From: Blepharisma stoltei ATCC 30299
Lineage: Eukaryota; Protista; Ciliophora
Assembly (NCBI GenBank): GCA_965603825.1
Contig: CBFDEM010000064.1
Location: forward strand, 248,001-312,000
Direction of reading: 5' to 3'
Length of the DNA: 64,000 bases
Part shown: piece by piece, positions 37,932-51,178 of the stretch
Position numbering within the stretch: position 1 is the first letter of the stretch
Layout: each line of letters starts with the position of its first letter
Made by a program: the position numbers and the translations under genes
Notes under the pieces: generated by a model
The model's input: only the letters and a program-made list of their open reading frames with translations
Database searches by the model: none
Told to the model about the DNA's origin: nothing

Positions 37932-38564
37932 TTAGCTTAAGTTTAGGAATGGGTTTGAGCTTTTCTCATCACCAATAGTTGTTTCAGGTCCATGTCCTGG
38001 GATTACTCTTGTATCATCAGGCAAAGTCATTACTTTTTCGTGCAGAGACTGCATCAGCTGCTGCATGTTTCCTCCTGGCAGATCTGTTCTGCCGACTCCA
38101 CTCATAAATAACGTATCACCTGTACAAACGAGTTTGTCGGCTTCAAAATAAAAGCAAAGTGATCCTTGGGTGTGGCCTGGGGTATGGATAACTCGGCCGT
38201 TTCTTACTTGCAAGATATCCCCGTCTTCTAAATTATTTTTAGGTGGAGGGCATTTTTTGGGAGCTTGGACGCCTAAAAATAAGCATTGCAAAGAAATACT
38301 TAGTCATAAATTTCTGTCATTTGCGTTATAATAGACTGGAGCTCCTGTATGCTTCTCTATCTCTGGTGCTGCTAAGATATGGTCGACGTGTCCATGAGTA
38401 ATTATGATTTGTTTGATTTTAAATCCACGAGAATCAATAAGCTGGATGATTTGATCAGCATCACCGCCTGGATCTATCAAAACAGCTTCTAAAGTGACCG
38501 GATCTGCAATGATTACCATATTGCACTGAAGTGGCCCTACAGGTAAGGTTTCAACTATTGCCAT
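37932..38564 (-). CDS. Metallo-beta-lactamase-fold hydrolase (glyoxalase II-like/YcbL type), ~210 aa
   Basis: THGHVDH, HTPGHT, TGDTLF, GRTDLPGG and PGHGPETT motifs; TGA=Trp at 38304. Confidence 0.92.
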
Positions 38565-38830
38565 GATTTTATTGATACTATAAATTTTATCAAACTTTTA
38601 TTGTGAGTTGATAATGCATTGATAGAAAGATTGATCTTAAATTGCATTAAGAATAAGAATGCATAAGATTCAGTTAAGAATTTTTTTATTGAAGAAAATT
38701 CTTTTATCGAAATAGATAATATTGTCTGAAAAATAAAATATATAATAATAAGTTATTATATTAATAGAAATCTCGATTAAAACGTGATAATATTAAATTC
38801 ACACTTGCATTTTTATCAATGTCTCGAGTC

Positions 38831-38840
38831 GTGACGTCAC
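38831..38840. promoter_or_regulatory. Palindrome GTGACGTCAC (CRE/bZIP-like) between divergent MBL and Rieske desaturase genes
   Basis: Perfect 10-bp palindrome inside a short GC-rich patch of an otherwise AT-rich spacer. Confidence 0.3.
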
Positions 38841-39204
38841 AAAAATGTTCCCGTAGTAATCAAAATGAACATTTGAAGACTTTGTAAAGAGTTGGCAAAC
38901 TCAAAATTTTGTTAGCGATAAAAAGTTTAAATCACTCTAATTGAAATTTATAATCATTTTTCTATCCTTCTCCTAAGATTTCTATTAATATTGTTTGAAT
39001 ATAAAAAACAGAGAGAAAAAAACGCTCATGATTGATTGATAATCTCTTTTTTAAAAACCAATTTATTTCTAATTTTTCTTTGCAAATAGTTTACTACTCA
39101 AAAATATAAAATTTCTTGGCTATATTCTTTTGACAACACAAAAGAATCACTTAATTATCAATTTAACTGACCACATTTGGACGTTTTTACTTTAAGTAAT
39201 AAAA

Positions 39205-40536
39205 ATGATGGCCATTCTAGAAAGCTTGTTTACCACAAATAACATCATATTCACAGTCATCATTCTTCTCTATATTCTTTACTATCGTAAATACCGCTAT
39301 TACAAGTTCGAACAAAAACTGCCATTCACGAAAGGACGTCGACTTATGGGAAAAACGCTCCCAGCATTTCCTAATGGCTGGTTTATAGTCGCCCGCTCTT
39401 CAGAGCTTAAAAAAGGTCAAACAAAATCAGTAGACTATCATGGCCAAAATATTGCTTTATTTAGAGGAACGGATGGAGTCGTATATGCAATTGATGCATA
39501 TTGTGCACACATGGGCGCCAATCTTGCAGAAGGAGGAGTTGTCAAATATTCCAAAGGTCTTCAATGCCCATTTCATGGATGGGTATTTGACGGATCAACT
39601 GGAAACTGTGTAACTGGTCCAGACATGAAACCAAAAATGGGTGAAAAATACCTTTATTCTTCTCAAATCGGCGATGCCAATTTCACCGGGCCAGCACTTA
39701 AACTTGACAAAAAAGAGATAATTAAAATCAAGAAATGGCAAGTAAGAGAACTTGGTGGATTTATATTTGTATGGTACCATGCAATTGAAGAACTTAGAAC
39801 TAAAACTCCACCTTACGAACCATTTGATCTCACTGAATACACAAACAAACTGTCATTTCGAGGAACTAGCATAAATAAAGTCCAAAGCCATATTCAAGAC
39901 ATCCCTGAAAATGGAGGAGACTTGATGCATTTCTTTTACGTCCACTATTCTTTCCTTCCATTTACCGATGCTTTTAAAGCGAGATGGAAAGCTAATTGGA
40001 GCAGAGCTGACAACCCAAATCTAAGAGAAGAAATGAAGCATGAGGTCGACTATATCAATGACTTCAAAATGAGGCTTTTCGATAAATATTTGAACGACGA
40101 TAACAAGCCTTATATAGGAATTATCACATTAGACAGCTATTTACTTATGCCAGGCTGCCAAGAAATTTTCTTCTTCAATGCAACTGGCTTCCAGCTAGGA
40201 TCTGGGCTTGTGTATTTATTTTTGAAAAGCCCGTTTTTCGAAACAATATTTTTCCAACACTTAGAACCTGTTGAAAAGTATTACCACAATATTTATCATG
40301 AAATTTATGCAAGTAATTATCTGCCTTATTGCATTACTGCACTAATGCTGAGACTAGAAGCCCAGCAAGTTATGAACGATGGAAAAATCTGGGACAATAA
40401 ACAGTTCGCAATGTCTACGTATTACAATATGAGTGCCGACGCTGACAAGCTACTTTTCTCATGGAGAACTTGGTTCTCGCAATTCTACGAAGGCTGCAAA
40501 GAAGCCGAAGAGAAAAGAGAACAACTATCATGGTAG
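39205..40536 (+). CDS. nvd: Rieske-type cholesterol 7-desaturase (Neverland/DAF-36/Des7p family), copy 1, 443 aa
   Basis: N-terminal TM, FPNGWF, Rieske CAHMGA...CPFHGW, mononuclear iron motif ENGGDLMHFFYVH, DGKIWDNK and WFSQFY. Confidence 0.9.
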   Translation: MMAILESLFTTNNIIFTVIILLYILYYRKYRYYKFEQKLPFTKGRRLMGKTLPAFPNGWFIVARSSELKKGQTKSVDYHGQNIALFRGTDGVVYAIDAYCAHMGANLAEGGVVKYSKGLQCPFHGWVFDGSTGNCVTGPDMKPKMGEKYLYSSQIGDANFTGPALKLDKKEIIKIKKWQVRELGGFIFVWYHAIEELRTKTPPYEPFDLTEYTNKLSFRGTSINKVQSHIQDIPENGGDLMHFFYVHYSFLPFTDAFKARWKANWSRADNPNLREEMKHEVDYINDFKMRLFDKYLNDDNKPYIGIITLDSYLLMPGCQEIFFFNATGFQLGSGLVYLFLKSPFFETIFFQHLEPVEKYYHNIYHEIYASNYLPYCITALMLRLEAQQVMNDGKIWDNKQFAMSTYYNMSADADKLLFSWRTWFSQFYEGCKEAEEKREQLSW

Positions 40537-40724
40537 TCTTTTAAAATAATTTGCCCTTTAAATTCACTTAGTAATATTTTCCTAAAAATGATTTTGAAAC
40601 GTCTGATTATAATTTTATAAGATATGAATGTCATCTTATATAGATTTATCATAAAATTCGTTACGAATCTAAATTTTCATAGCAATTAATTAAATTTAGA
40701 GAATTTAATTAAATAAACTTATAA

Positions 40725-43700
40725 ATGTGATTGATAGTCTTTTTATTTTCAAGCTTCTCTTGTGAGCTAATTATTGAAAGAATTCCCTCTACAAATCCTC
40801 CACCTTACTACAGATCGTTTTCCTTAATGGAGAGCTACCCAAACCGTTACTTTATCATTCTGTATGGAGGCTTTCCAGACCCATCTAGCATTTTTGGTGA
40901 CGTATGGCTTTTCAACACAAAAGATGAAATTTGGAATAAACTTGTCCCATCAAACGGCGTTATCCCAGGTAAGTTTTATTTTAGCTGCAAGGTATAATGG
41001 AGGATCATTTAAAAGTCTAGATGACAATGAATTTTATATTTTCGGCGGCCTTTCAACGACTGGTCCGTTAAATGATTTGTGATGTTTTGAAACGTTTGGG
41101 CTGATGTGGCATCAAATTCAAACATATGGAGATGTCCCATCACCAAGAACAAGATTTGGTTATACTTATTATCAAGATAAGGAAGGGACACTCTTATTTG
41201 CTATTTTTGGAGGAATAACTGCGACTGGATTGAGTAACAGCCTTTATCTGTAAAATTTATTTAGTCTAAATACAACAAGTTGAAAGTGGAAAAAGATGCC
41301 CTCTGAAGGAATAGTTCCGAAATCAGTTGCAGGGCCCACGATTAATTATTACAGTAATAAAATTTATATCGCTGCTGGAGAAGTTTTGACGACAAATATT
41401 ACAATACAAACACTTTTTTATTATGATTTGGATGCAAATCAATGGGTAAATGTGACTTCTAAGAACACTTATACAGCGAGAACTCATCATGGTAGTGTTA
41501 TATATGAAGATGAGCTATATTTGATGATGGGGTGATCACAGATTGAAAATAATCATGTATTGGATTGATATAAGGTGAATTTAAAAGATCCTAATTATGA
41601 TTGAAATAAAGTAAGCTTGACTGATGACACCACTGGGTATTTAAAAACTAGCAGCTACGGAAGTACTTTATATCAAAATTCAATATATCTTTTTGGAGGA
41701 AATCAATATCCTCCAACAACAAATGAATTAGTAATTTTTGATATGGCAGTTTCTCCTATTCCACATAGAACATTTGGTAAAGACCTCTCACCAACTCCTC
41801 GAATGTATCACTCAATGCAACCAATTGGGCAATATCTATATTTATTTGGAGGACTGGGCGATAATGGACATCCTTTAAACGATTTTTGATCTTTTGATTG
41901 TATTAATGAAAACTGGAGCTTAGTAAGTTCATTCGGAGATCATCCGCTTCAAAGATATGCCTACGCTTCTGCAGTGGATGGAGATCTGTTGCTAATTTGG
42001 GGTGGATATGGTTCTTTAGGATACCTTAACGATGGGTATGTATATGATATTACCTCCAATACATGAACTATTCTGGAATATACAGGTGTAGCGCCAAGCC
42101 CAAGGTCAGGAGCATGTGCAGGTATGAGCGGTCCAATGATTTTTATATATGGAGGTGAGACAGAATTAGGCTTATCTGATGAAGTTTGATATTATGATTT
42201 TACAGTAAAAATGTATACGTTATTAGATTCTGACAATCCGCGAGGCCCTGGACCCTTAGTTTATGCCAGCTGTAGAATAGCTACTACATCAAATACATAT
42301 TTATATGTAATGTACGGAGAAGCTGAAGACAATATAGCTACTAATGCAATTTATGGATTTTTTGCATTGACTGGAGAGTGGTTTAGCTATATTGATAATC
42401 CAGATAATCAAACTTATAGTAGAAGCAGAGCTGCTGTCTGTAAACCGCAAGGGAAAATTCTTATTGCTGGTGGAATTGCTACAGGAGGATACCCAAATAA
42501 TGATATTTTTTATTTCGATACAAAAAATAAACAGTATAGTACACTTGGTTCTCTTCGTGATAGTGTTTTTGGCCCTGCTTCAGTGTATTTTCAAAACTAT
42601 TTTTATATTCACGGAGGAGGGAGCGCTGTTTCTTACCTTTTGAGGTATAATGCTCCCACTAATAAATTTATTCGTATGCATTTGTGGTCATCTTGCTCAA
42701 ATAATGTGACTTGTAGCTTCGGCTGCAGCCCTGGGAGTTATAGAACTGCGTCAAACTGTGAAATATGCCCCCAAGGAGCTTATGCGGATCAATATAATAT
42801 GACTGAATGCACAAAATGCCCTAAAGGCAAATATGGGCCTAACTATGGATCCACTTCTGCAGATATGTGCTACCCATGCCAAGAAGGAACTTATAACGCT
42901 TTAGAAGGGCAAAGATATTGCCTTGCTTGTCCTAGTGGATCGAGCTGTAAAACAGGAAGTTCTTATTATAGTCATGAAATAGAAGATTTTTCAGACAAGT
43001 CTATACAGCCTGCAATTTATTCAGTCAATATGTCTGAAACAAATAGGAATATTAGATTAGCAGAGTATGTTATTGGATTTATAGGACTCGGCGTAATCCT
43101 TATATTTATATTTGTCAAAAAAGCAAAAAAATTGCTAAAGTATATTGATTTATACGTCTCAAGCCATAATTATATCCTTGGAGATCCAATGATTTTAAGA
43201 AGTACTCAGATTGGAGGAGTTTTTAGTTTGGCTTTTATATTTGGAGCAATCATTATTATTTTTATATCCATTTTTCAATATGCTTCAAATAATATATATG
43301 AAACAAAAAGCTTGGTTCCATTAGTTGTGCTCGAGCAAGACGTATCAGAGGTATTTATTATTTAGTTTACATCATATTTTTTATTAAATGTGACGCTGAA
43401 AAATTATGGAAGCACTTGTGCAGGAGAAAGTAATTCGTGCTATCATGCAATTTTTTATGAAATAAATGGGATAACCGGAGAATGGTCTGAAGAAAGTTGC
43501 AAAGAAATACCTAATGGAGATTGCCAAATATCAATGGTTTGTAAGCACTGTTCAATTCCATATGAAGGAAGTATTTTTTTTACAATGGACGACACAAATG
43601 CTTATACAAGTGGCTACACTGTTAATTTTACTTCTTCCTCGTCTATCCCTGACAAACCAAGTAGCTATCAAACTTCAGTTTTGCCTTCAAAAAATTATGT

Positions 43701-44217
43701 GTTTTTAGGGACGACTCCTACCAAAATTTATTACACTATGATCCCTTCATTTTACGACGATAAACCAAATGATGTAAATCATACTGGTTACCATGTAACT
43801 CTTGGAAAGCTTCCAGATAAAGGATCACAGCTCAAATCATATGAGTAAAATTTATATAGGCTAGGAATGGGTTTTATCAATTATCTATCGATTGTATTAT
43901 CTATTGATAATAGTGGCCTAGTTACAACAAGAAATGATAATCAAACGTTGATTGTTTTGCTAACAACACTTATAGGATCAGTCTTTGGAATTTTGAGTGG
44001 AATTGGGGGAGTGATGAACACTGTAGAGCAGAGGTGGATCAAGTTCAAGAAAAAATCGAAAATGCAAAAGCATTGTGTTGGAATGGTAGAAAATATAAAA
44101 TATATAGAGAATTCATATGTTAAAAAATTAGGGACCAGATCTGAGGGAGATACAGGTTTAAACTCTAATGATGAAAGCGGCAATCGACTTTTACGGTTAA
44201 TAGATAAATACTGCTAA
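40725..44217 (+). CDS. Kelch-repeat / ephrin-receptor-like Cys-repeat / 3-TM membrane protein, copy 1, ~1143 aa
   Basis: Starts ATG-TGA (MWLIVFL); many GG...ND-x-W Kelch blades; CPxGxY repeats; introns 40969-40984 (16 nt), 41250-41264, 43351-43365, 43845-43859. Confidence 0.85.
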
Positions 44218-44524
44218 TTTTTGTATTTATTACTAAATAGATTATTCACGATCTAAATAATTTTTCAGTCAAAAATAAGTTTTTTAAGCTCAAGCTATAT
44301 AATATTCTTGACTTTAAGGCATATATTGCTGGTGACAGCCGTTTTTATAATGATTTAACATATTAAAGTTTATTTAATAACATTCCCAAATTTTTGGTAA
44401 TAAAATGGTTATAAGAAGTTACATACAGCTAAATATTTTTTAATTTTCTGTATTTAGTATAAAATTTTATAATCTGATAATGTTCGATTAATTTTCAAAA
44501 AGTTTAGAGCCAATAAGCATATAA

Positions 44525-47500
44525 ATGATTTTAATAGTCATTTTACTTCTCAGCTTGGCTTATGGACTCACTGTAGAAAGAATTCCTTCCACAAACCCAC
44601 CGCCTTCCTATCGATCGTTTTCCTTGATGGAAAGTTACACAAATCAGGGTATCATAATTGTATATGGTGGTTTTGCAGACCCTTCAAGCATCTTTGGAGA
44701 CGTTTGGCTTTTCAACACAAAAGATGAAGTATGAAATAAAATTGTTCCATCAAACGGCGCTATTCCAGGTATACTCTATTTTAGTTGGGAGGTACAATGG
44801 TGGTTCTTTCAAAAGCAAAAACGAAGAACTTTTTTATATATTTGGAGGCTTGTCATTGACAGGCCCTTTAAATGACTTATGATGCTTCCAGACACGTGGA
44901 ATTTTATGATATCAAATACAAGCGTCTGGAGATGTCCCATTACCGCGATTAAGATTTGGTTTTACTTCTTATCAAGATAGAGACGGAACATTGCTATTTG
45001 CTATCTTTGGTGGATTAACTGTAAATGATTCCGATAACAATCTCTATATGTAACATTCCTATATAGATTAAATACAACAAGCTGGGTTTGGAAAAAAATG
45101 CCCTCTGGAGGAATCGTTCCGAATAAAGTTGTAGGGCCTACAATTAATTATTACAACAATAAGATTTATGTTGCAGCAGGAGAAGATGTAACAATGAATA
45201 CTAGTATTCAAACATTTTTTTATTATGATTTAGATTTAAAGCAATGAATAAATATTACTTCTGATGAAACTTATTCGGCAAGAACTTATCATGGGAGCTT
45301 TATTTATGACAATGCATTGTATTTAATGATGGGGTGATCTCAAACAGTGTATAATCACGTTGTGGATTGATATAAGGTGAGCCTAAAAGATCCTAACTAT
45401 GATTGAATTAAAGTAAATTTGACTAATGATACCACTAACTATTTAAAAACCTACAGCTACGGGAGTACTTTATATGAAAACTCAATATATTTATTTGGAG
45501 GGAATAAAAATCCTCCTGCAACAAATGAATTAGTGATTTTTAATATGACAGCTTCTCCAATAGAGCATAGAATATTCGGCGACGATCTTTCACCTTCTCC
45601 AAGAATGTATCACTCAATGCAGCCAATTGGGCAGTATCTTTATTTATTTGGAGGACTTGGCGATGGTGAATACCCTTTAAATGACTTCTGAGCTTTTGAT
45701 TGCATTCGGGAAAGTTGACATCTGGTAAGTTCACTTGGGGATCATCCACCTCAGAGGTTTGCATATGCTTCTGCAGTTGATGGAGACTTATTGCTAATTT
45801 GGGGTGGATATGGTAGTTTAGGATATCTTAGTGATGGCTATATATATGACATAACTTCTAATACATGAACTTTACTTACTTATAATGGCGTTTCACCAAG
45901 CCCAAGACTTGGAGCATGCGCAAGTATGCGAGGACAAGCTATTTATCTTTTTGGAGGACAAACAGAATCCGGCTTATCTGACGAAGTTTGATATTATGAT
46001 TTTACGGAAAAAACATATACACTCTTGGATTCTGACAATTTATCTGGCCCAGGGCCATTAGTTTTTGCAAGCTGCCGAATAGCCATTACACCTAGTAAGT
46101 TTATATATGTAATGCATGGAGAAGGGCCAAATAATATTGCAACCAATGAAATTTATGGATTTTCCGCATTGACTGGAAAATGGCTTAGATACACTGATAA
46201 TCCAAGTAATTCAACTTATAGCAGAAGAAGAGCTGCCGTTTGCAAGCCTTTTGGGAAAATACTTATAGCTGGAGGCATAACTCAAGGCGGATATCCAAGT
46301 AATGATATTTTTTATTTTGAAACAAGTAGTAATGAATATTTCATGCTAGGTTCACTTTTTGATAGTGTTTTCAGTCCTGCTTCAGTGTATTTTCAAAACT
46401 ATTTTTATATCCACGGAGGAGGGAGTGCAATTTCTTATATCTTGAGATATAATGCACCTACAAATAAATTTAACAGGATCCATTTGTGGTCATCTTGCTC
46501 AAATAATGTGACTTGTAGCTTCGGCTGCAGCCCTGGGAGTTATAGAACTGAGTCAAACTGTGAAATATGCCCCCAAGGAACGTATGCGGATCAATATAAT
46601 ATGACTGAATGCACAAAATGCCCTAAAGGGAAATACGGGCCTAACAATGGAGCTACATCTGCAGACATGTGCTATCCATGTCAAGAAGGAACATATAACA
46701 ATAAAGAAGGCCAAAAGCGCTGTCTTAATTGCCCTGCTGGAACGATCTGTAAAGCAGGAAGTTTTTATTATAGTCATGAGATAGAAGATTTTTCAGATAA
46801 GTCTATACAGCCTCCAATCTATTCAGTTGATATAGAAGAAATAAAGAAAAATATCAGAATAGCAGAAATAGTTATTGGACTTATTGGTCTTGGCGTTATT
46901 CTGATATTCATTTTTGTAAAAAAAGTCAAAAAATTTTTGAAATATCTCGACTTATACGTATCACTCCATAATCATATCATTGATGATCCTATGGTTTTAA
47001 AGCGCACTCAAATTGGTGGAGTTTTTACATTAGTCTTTATAATCGGTGCATTTATAATTATATTTATTTCACTGTTTCAGTATGCTTCAAATAACATTTT
47101 TGAAACCAAAAACTTAGTCCCACTGGTAGTTCTTTTGCAGGATGTATCAGGGGTATTTTTTATATAGTTTAAGTCGAATTTCATGATGAGCGTCACGCTA
47201 AAAAACTATGGGAGCACCTGTGTAGGAAATGGTGATTTGTGTTTTCAGGCAATTTTTTATGAAATAAATGGGATAACAGGGACTTGATCGAGAGAAAGAT
47301 GCCAAGCGATGTCTAATGGAGATTGTCAGATATCGATGCGTTGTGAAGATTGCTCGATTAAATATGAAGGGAGTATAGCTTTTACAATGGATGATACAAA
47401 TGCATATACAAGTGGCTACACCATTAATTTTACTTCAACTTCCTCAATTCCTGGCAAAACAAGCAGTTATCAAACTTCAGTTTTACCATCCCAAAATTAC

Positions 47501-48016
47501 GTATTTTTAGGGACAACTCCAACTACAATTTACTTCACAATGATTCCTTCATTTTATATTGATAAGTCTAATGATGCAAATTATACAGGATATCATGTGA
47601 CTCTTGAAAAACTTCCTGATAAAGGCTCGCAGCTTAAATCTTATGAGTAAAATTTATATAGGCTGGGAATGGGTTTTAGTAATTATTTATCGGTCGTATT
47701 ATCTATTGACAATAATGGGCTTGTCACAACAAGAAATTATAATCAAACGTTGGTAGTTTTGATTGCAACACTTATAGGCTCGGTATTTGGCATTTTAAGT
47801 GCAGTAGGAGGAGCAATGAGACTAGTTGAGAAAAGATGGATCAAATATAAGAAAAAATTAAAGTTAAAATCATACTCCATAGGAGTTGAGAGCATACAAA
47901 ATACAGAAATAGGATCTATCAGAAGATCAGGCTCAAGGTCGGAACCAGATACTTGTATGATTTCAAGCGACGAAGAACTCAATAAATTCAAGCTATTCTT
48001 GAATAAATATTTCTAA
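44525..48016 (+). CDS. Kelch/Cys-repeat/3-TM membrane protein, copy 2, ~1142 aa
   Basis: Colinear paralog of copy 1; introns 44769-44784 (16 nt), 45050-45066 (17 nt), 47153-47167, 47647-47661. Confidence 0.85.
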
Positions 48017-48266
48017 TATTTTTTCATATTTGAAAAAATTGTTTAATTTTGATAACTACCTTAATATAATTATTCCCTGATATCAATAAATTAAAAATAA
48101 CTAATCGATAACTTAAAATTTTTTTATTTTCTATCAAAGAATGAATAGATTAGATTTAGAAAATTGAAATTATAAACAATTTAAATTAATGAGTTTTTAC
48201 CATTTGGAAATTTTTGTTAGATGTATAAAAGAAAAATTCAACTAACCATCGGTTTTACTAATAAAG

Positions 48267-49598
48267 ATGTTAGAAAATTTAGATTTCCTGTTTTCTACCA
48301 ACTATATCATCATCACTATAGCAATAATTCTTTATGCTCTCTATGTACGGAAATACCGTCACTATGTATTTGAGCAAAGTCGTCCTTTTACTAAAGGCAG
48401 AAGAAGCATAGGAAAGACTTTACCACCTTATCCAAATGGATGATTTTGCGTGGCACGATCATCAGAGATTAAAAAAGGTGAAGCCAAGCATATTGATTAT
48501 AATGGGCAAAATATCGCTGTATTTAGAGGTACTGATGGAGTTGTTTATGCAATAGATGCTTATTGCGCTCATATGGGAGCAAATCTTGCTGAAGGAGGCA
48601 AAGTTAAGTTTACAAAGGGTCTCCAATGTCCTTTTCATGGGTGAATATTCGATGGCTCAACTGGAAATTGTGTCACTGGCCCTGATATGAAGCCAAAAGA
48701 GCTAGATAAATACGCTTATACAGAAGTAGTTAATGATGCAGGGGTAAAATTGCCGATGCCCAAACTATGTTGCAAAGAGCAAGTTAAAGTAAAGAAATGG
48801 CAAGTAAGAGAGATGTTTGGGTTCATTTTTGTGTGGTATCACGCCATTGAAAACCTCAGAATAGCCCCACCATCTTATGAACCTCTAGATATTTCTGATT
48901 TTACTAAAAGATTATCATATAGAGGCCATAGCATAAATAAAGTAAAAAGCTTTATTCAAGATGTCCCAGAAAATGGAGGAGATTTAATGCATTTCCTATA
49001 TGTCCACTATGCTTTTCTTCCTTTTACAGATGCTTTTAAAGCAAAATGAAGGGCTTCTTGGTACAGAGGTGATGATCCAGAATTAAGAGAAAAAGTTGCC
49101 CATGAAATAGGATATATAAATGATCATAAAATGAGACTTTTGGATAAATATTTGGATGAAGGAAATAAGTCAAATATAGGGATACTCACCTTAGACAATT
49201 ACATAATTTTGCCTGGGGGCAAAGAAATTTTCTTTTTAAATGCGACAGGGTTCCAAGTTGGATCAGGAATTGTTTACTTATTTTTAATAGGACCATTTTT
49301 TGAAGGGGTTTTCTTCCAGCATTTGAGGCAGATTGATAAGCATAATCTAGAAGTCTATCATGAAATGTGGGCAAGCAACTATTTGCCTTATGGCATTACT
49401 GCGATTATGCTGAGAGGAGAAGCACAACAAGTAATGAATGATGGAAAAGTGTGGGATAATAAACAATTCGCCATGAAGCCTAACTATAATATGATGGGAG
49501 ACCCAGATAAATTGCTATTAAAGTGGAGAAATTGGTATGCTCAGTTTTTTGAAGGATGTGAAGAGGCAGAAAAAGCAAAAGAAAAGCTTAGTTGGTAA
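48267..49598 (+). CDS. nvd: Rieske-type cholesterol 7-desaturase, copy 2, 443 aa
   Basis: Same length (1332 nt) and motifs as copy 1; TGA at 48441, 48642 and 49047 all align to TGG-Trp in copy 1. Confidence 0.9.
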
Positions 49599-49746
49599 TT
49601 TCTCTAATTTAAATATTGATTTTGATAGATTGCTTTTGAATAAATTTGCATAAATATAATGCTTATATTATGATCTTGCTATAAATTAATTGAAATAAAG
49701 AGACTTATTGATTTTTGAGAAAAGGTAACCTTTAAAGAGACTTGGC

Positions 49747-51178
49747 TTAGACCTCAGCAAATTCGAAGTCAATTGCAATTGGGAGATCGCTTTCTTGAAT
49801 ATTAGGAGCCTCAATTTTGCATTGTTTCACGCCTGCTACGCAGCCAGTGAAAGTCCATCCACTTGTTGAGATATCTGCACCTGAGTTTAAGGTAGCTTTA
49901 AATGAACTTTTCGACAGTCCAGTTGAAAGTTGATGAGCAAAGTCAAGTACGATATTCGGAACGTCGAGGCTGACCTGGAATCCAACAGAATCTTCCCTAC
50001 AAGTAGTTCCTGTTTGAGTTATTGCTGTAGCACAAGTATAGCACTCAGGACCTGGCTCGCAATATGTGCAGGAGTCGGTACAATCTAAATAATATCTTAC
50101 AAATACAAGATGTTGAAGTGGGACTGTCATCATTGAGGAAGTATCCAGCTTCACATGCATCGCATTGAGTACTTATTTTTGAGCATTCAGCACAATTATT
50201 GTCTAAGGCGCAACCTAAGTAGAGATTACAGTGATAATTTCTAAGTACATTTCCATCACCAGAATCCTTGCAATCCAGGCAATATTGTGCCTCTTCTCTA
50301 GCTGAATCAGGATCGCAAGTAGTGCATCCGTTGGTATCACAGGCGGTGCAATACTGTAATGATGATAAGCATATTTTGCCTGTAAGACTGCCGAAACTTT
50401 GAGCGCACACACTATCAATGCAAGTTCCACGATTGCAAGGAACTGCTATACTTATGTAACTACTGCCATCGAATAATCCTATATTATCAAAAGAGCTATT
50501 TATGCTAGCAGAAATTGTAAGAATAACCCTATGGAACTTTCCCTTAATTGAACTTCCAAAAAAGAATTCTCCATTAGGCATATCAAAAGCAACAACTGAG
50601 CTGCCTGAATTTATGGAAATTACGTCATAGCCTATTCATACAACCTCAAATTGGACAGGGTTTGGGTTAACATTAGCAAAGTTAAACGCAATAAAGAGCC
50701 ACTTGCCTACATAAAAATTACTTAAATGCACAGTTATAAAAACGTCATTAGCTGAATCAGTTGTTTCAGAGGCTGAAACAAAAGAAGCTTTTAAGATGCC
50801 ATTCTCAGTTGATGAGACGATATAGTGTGGGCCGCCGCTAATTCCGAATTGAAAAACTTTTGTGCTTATAGTTGATTCAAAGTTTACCCAAAATCCAACT
50901 GCATGCCCCGTAGGATTGACTAAGCTGGATCCGTCTGTTGTTAAACTCCAGGTTTGATCACCGCTCAGGCTCATTGAGCTACAGCTAACATACGAGCTTA
51001 AATCAATATTAGAATCTGCACTTAGATAAGGATCGGAACCACTTTGACTATTGATAAAGCGAGAGATTATATCTCCTGTTGATTTTGTTAGACTTCAATC
51101 ACCTAGGAAGTCAAAGCCGTTAGCAAATGATAAGAGAGCAAGGACGACGAGAGTATTTAGTGGTTTTGAATAAACCAT
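49747..51178 (-). CDS. Secreted protein: LamG/concanavalin-like N-terminal domain, furin-like Cys repeats, C-terminal Ig-like domain, ~471 aa
   Basis: Signal peptide, AVGFWVNF and GKWLFIAF strands; two TGA=Trp; 16-nt intron 50085-50100; inverted paralog at 53824. Confidence 0.75.
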
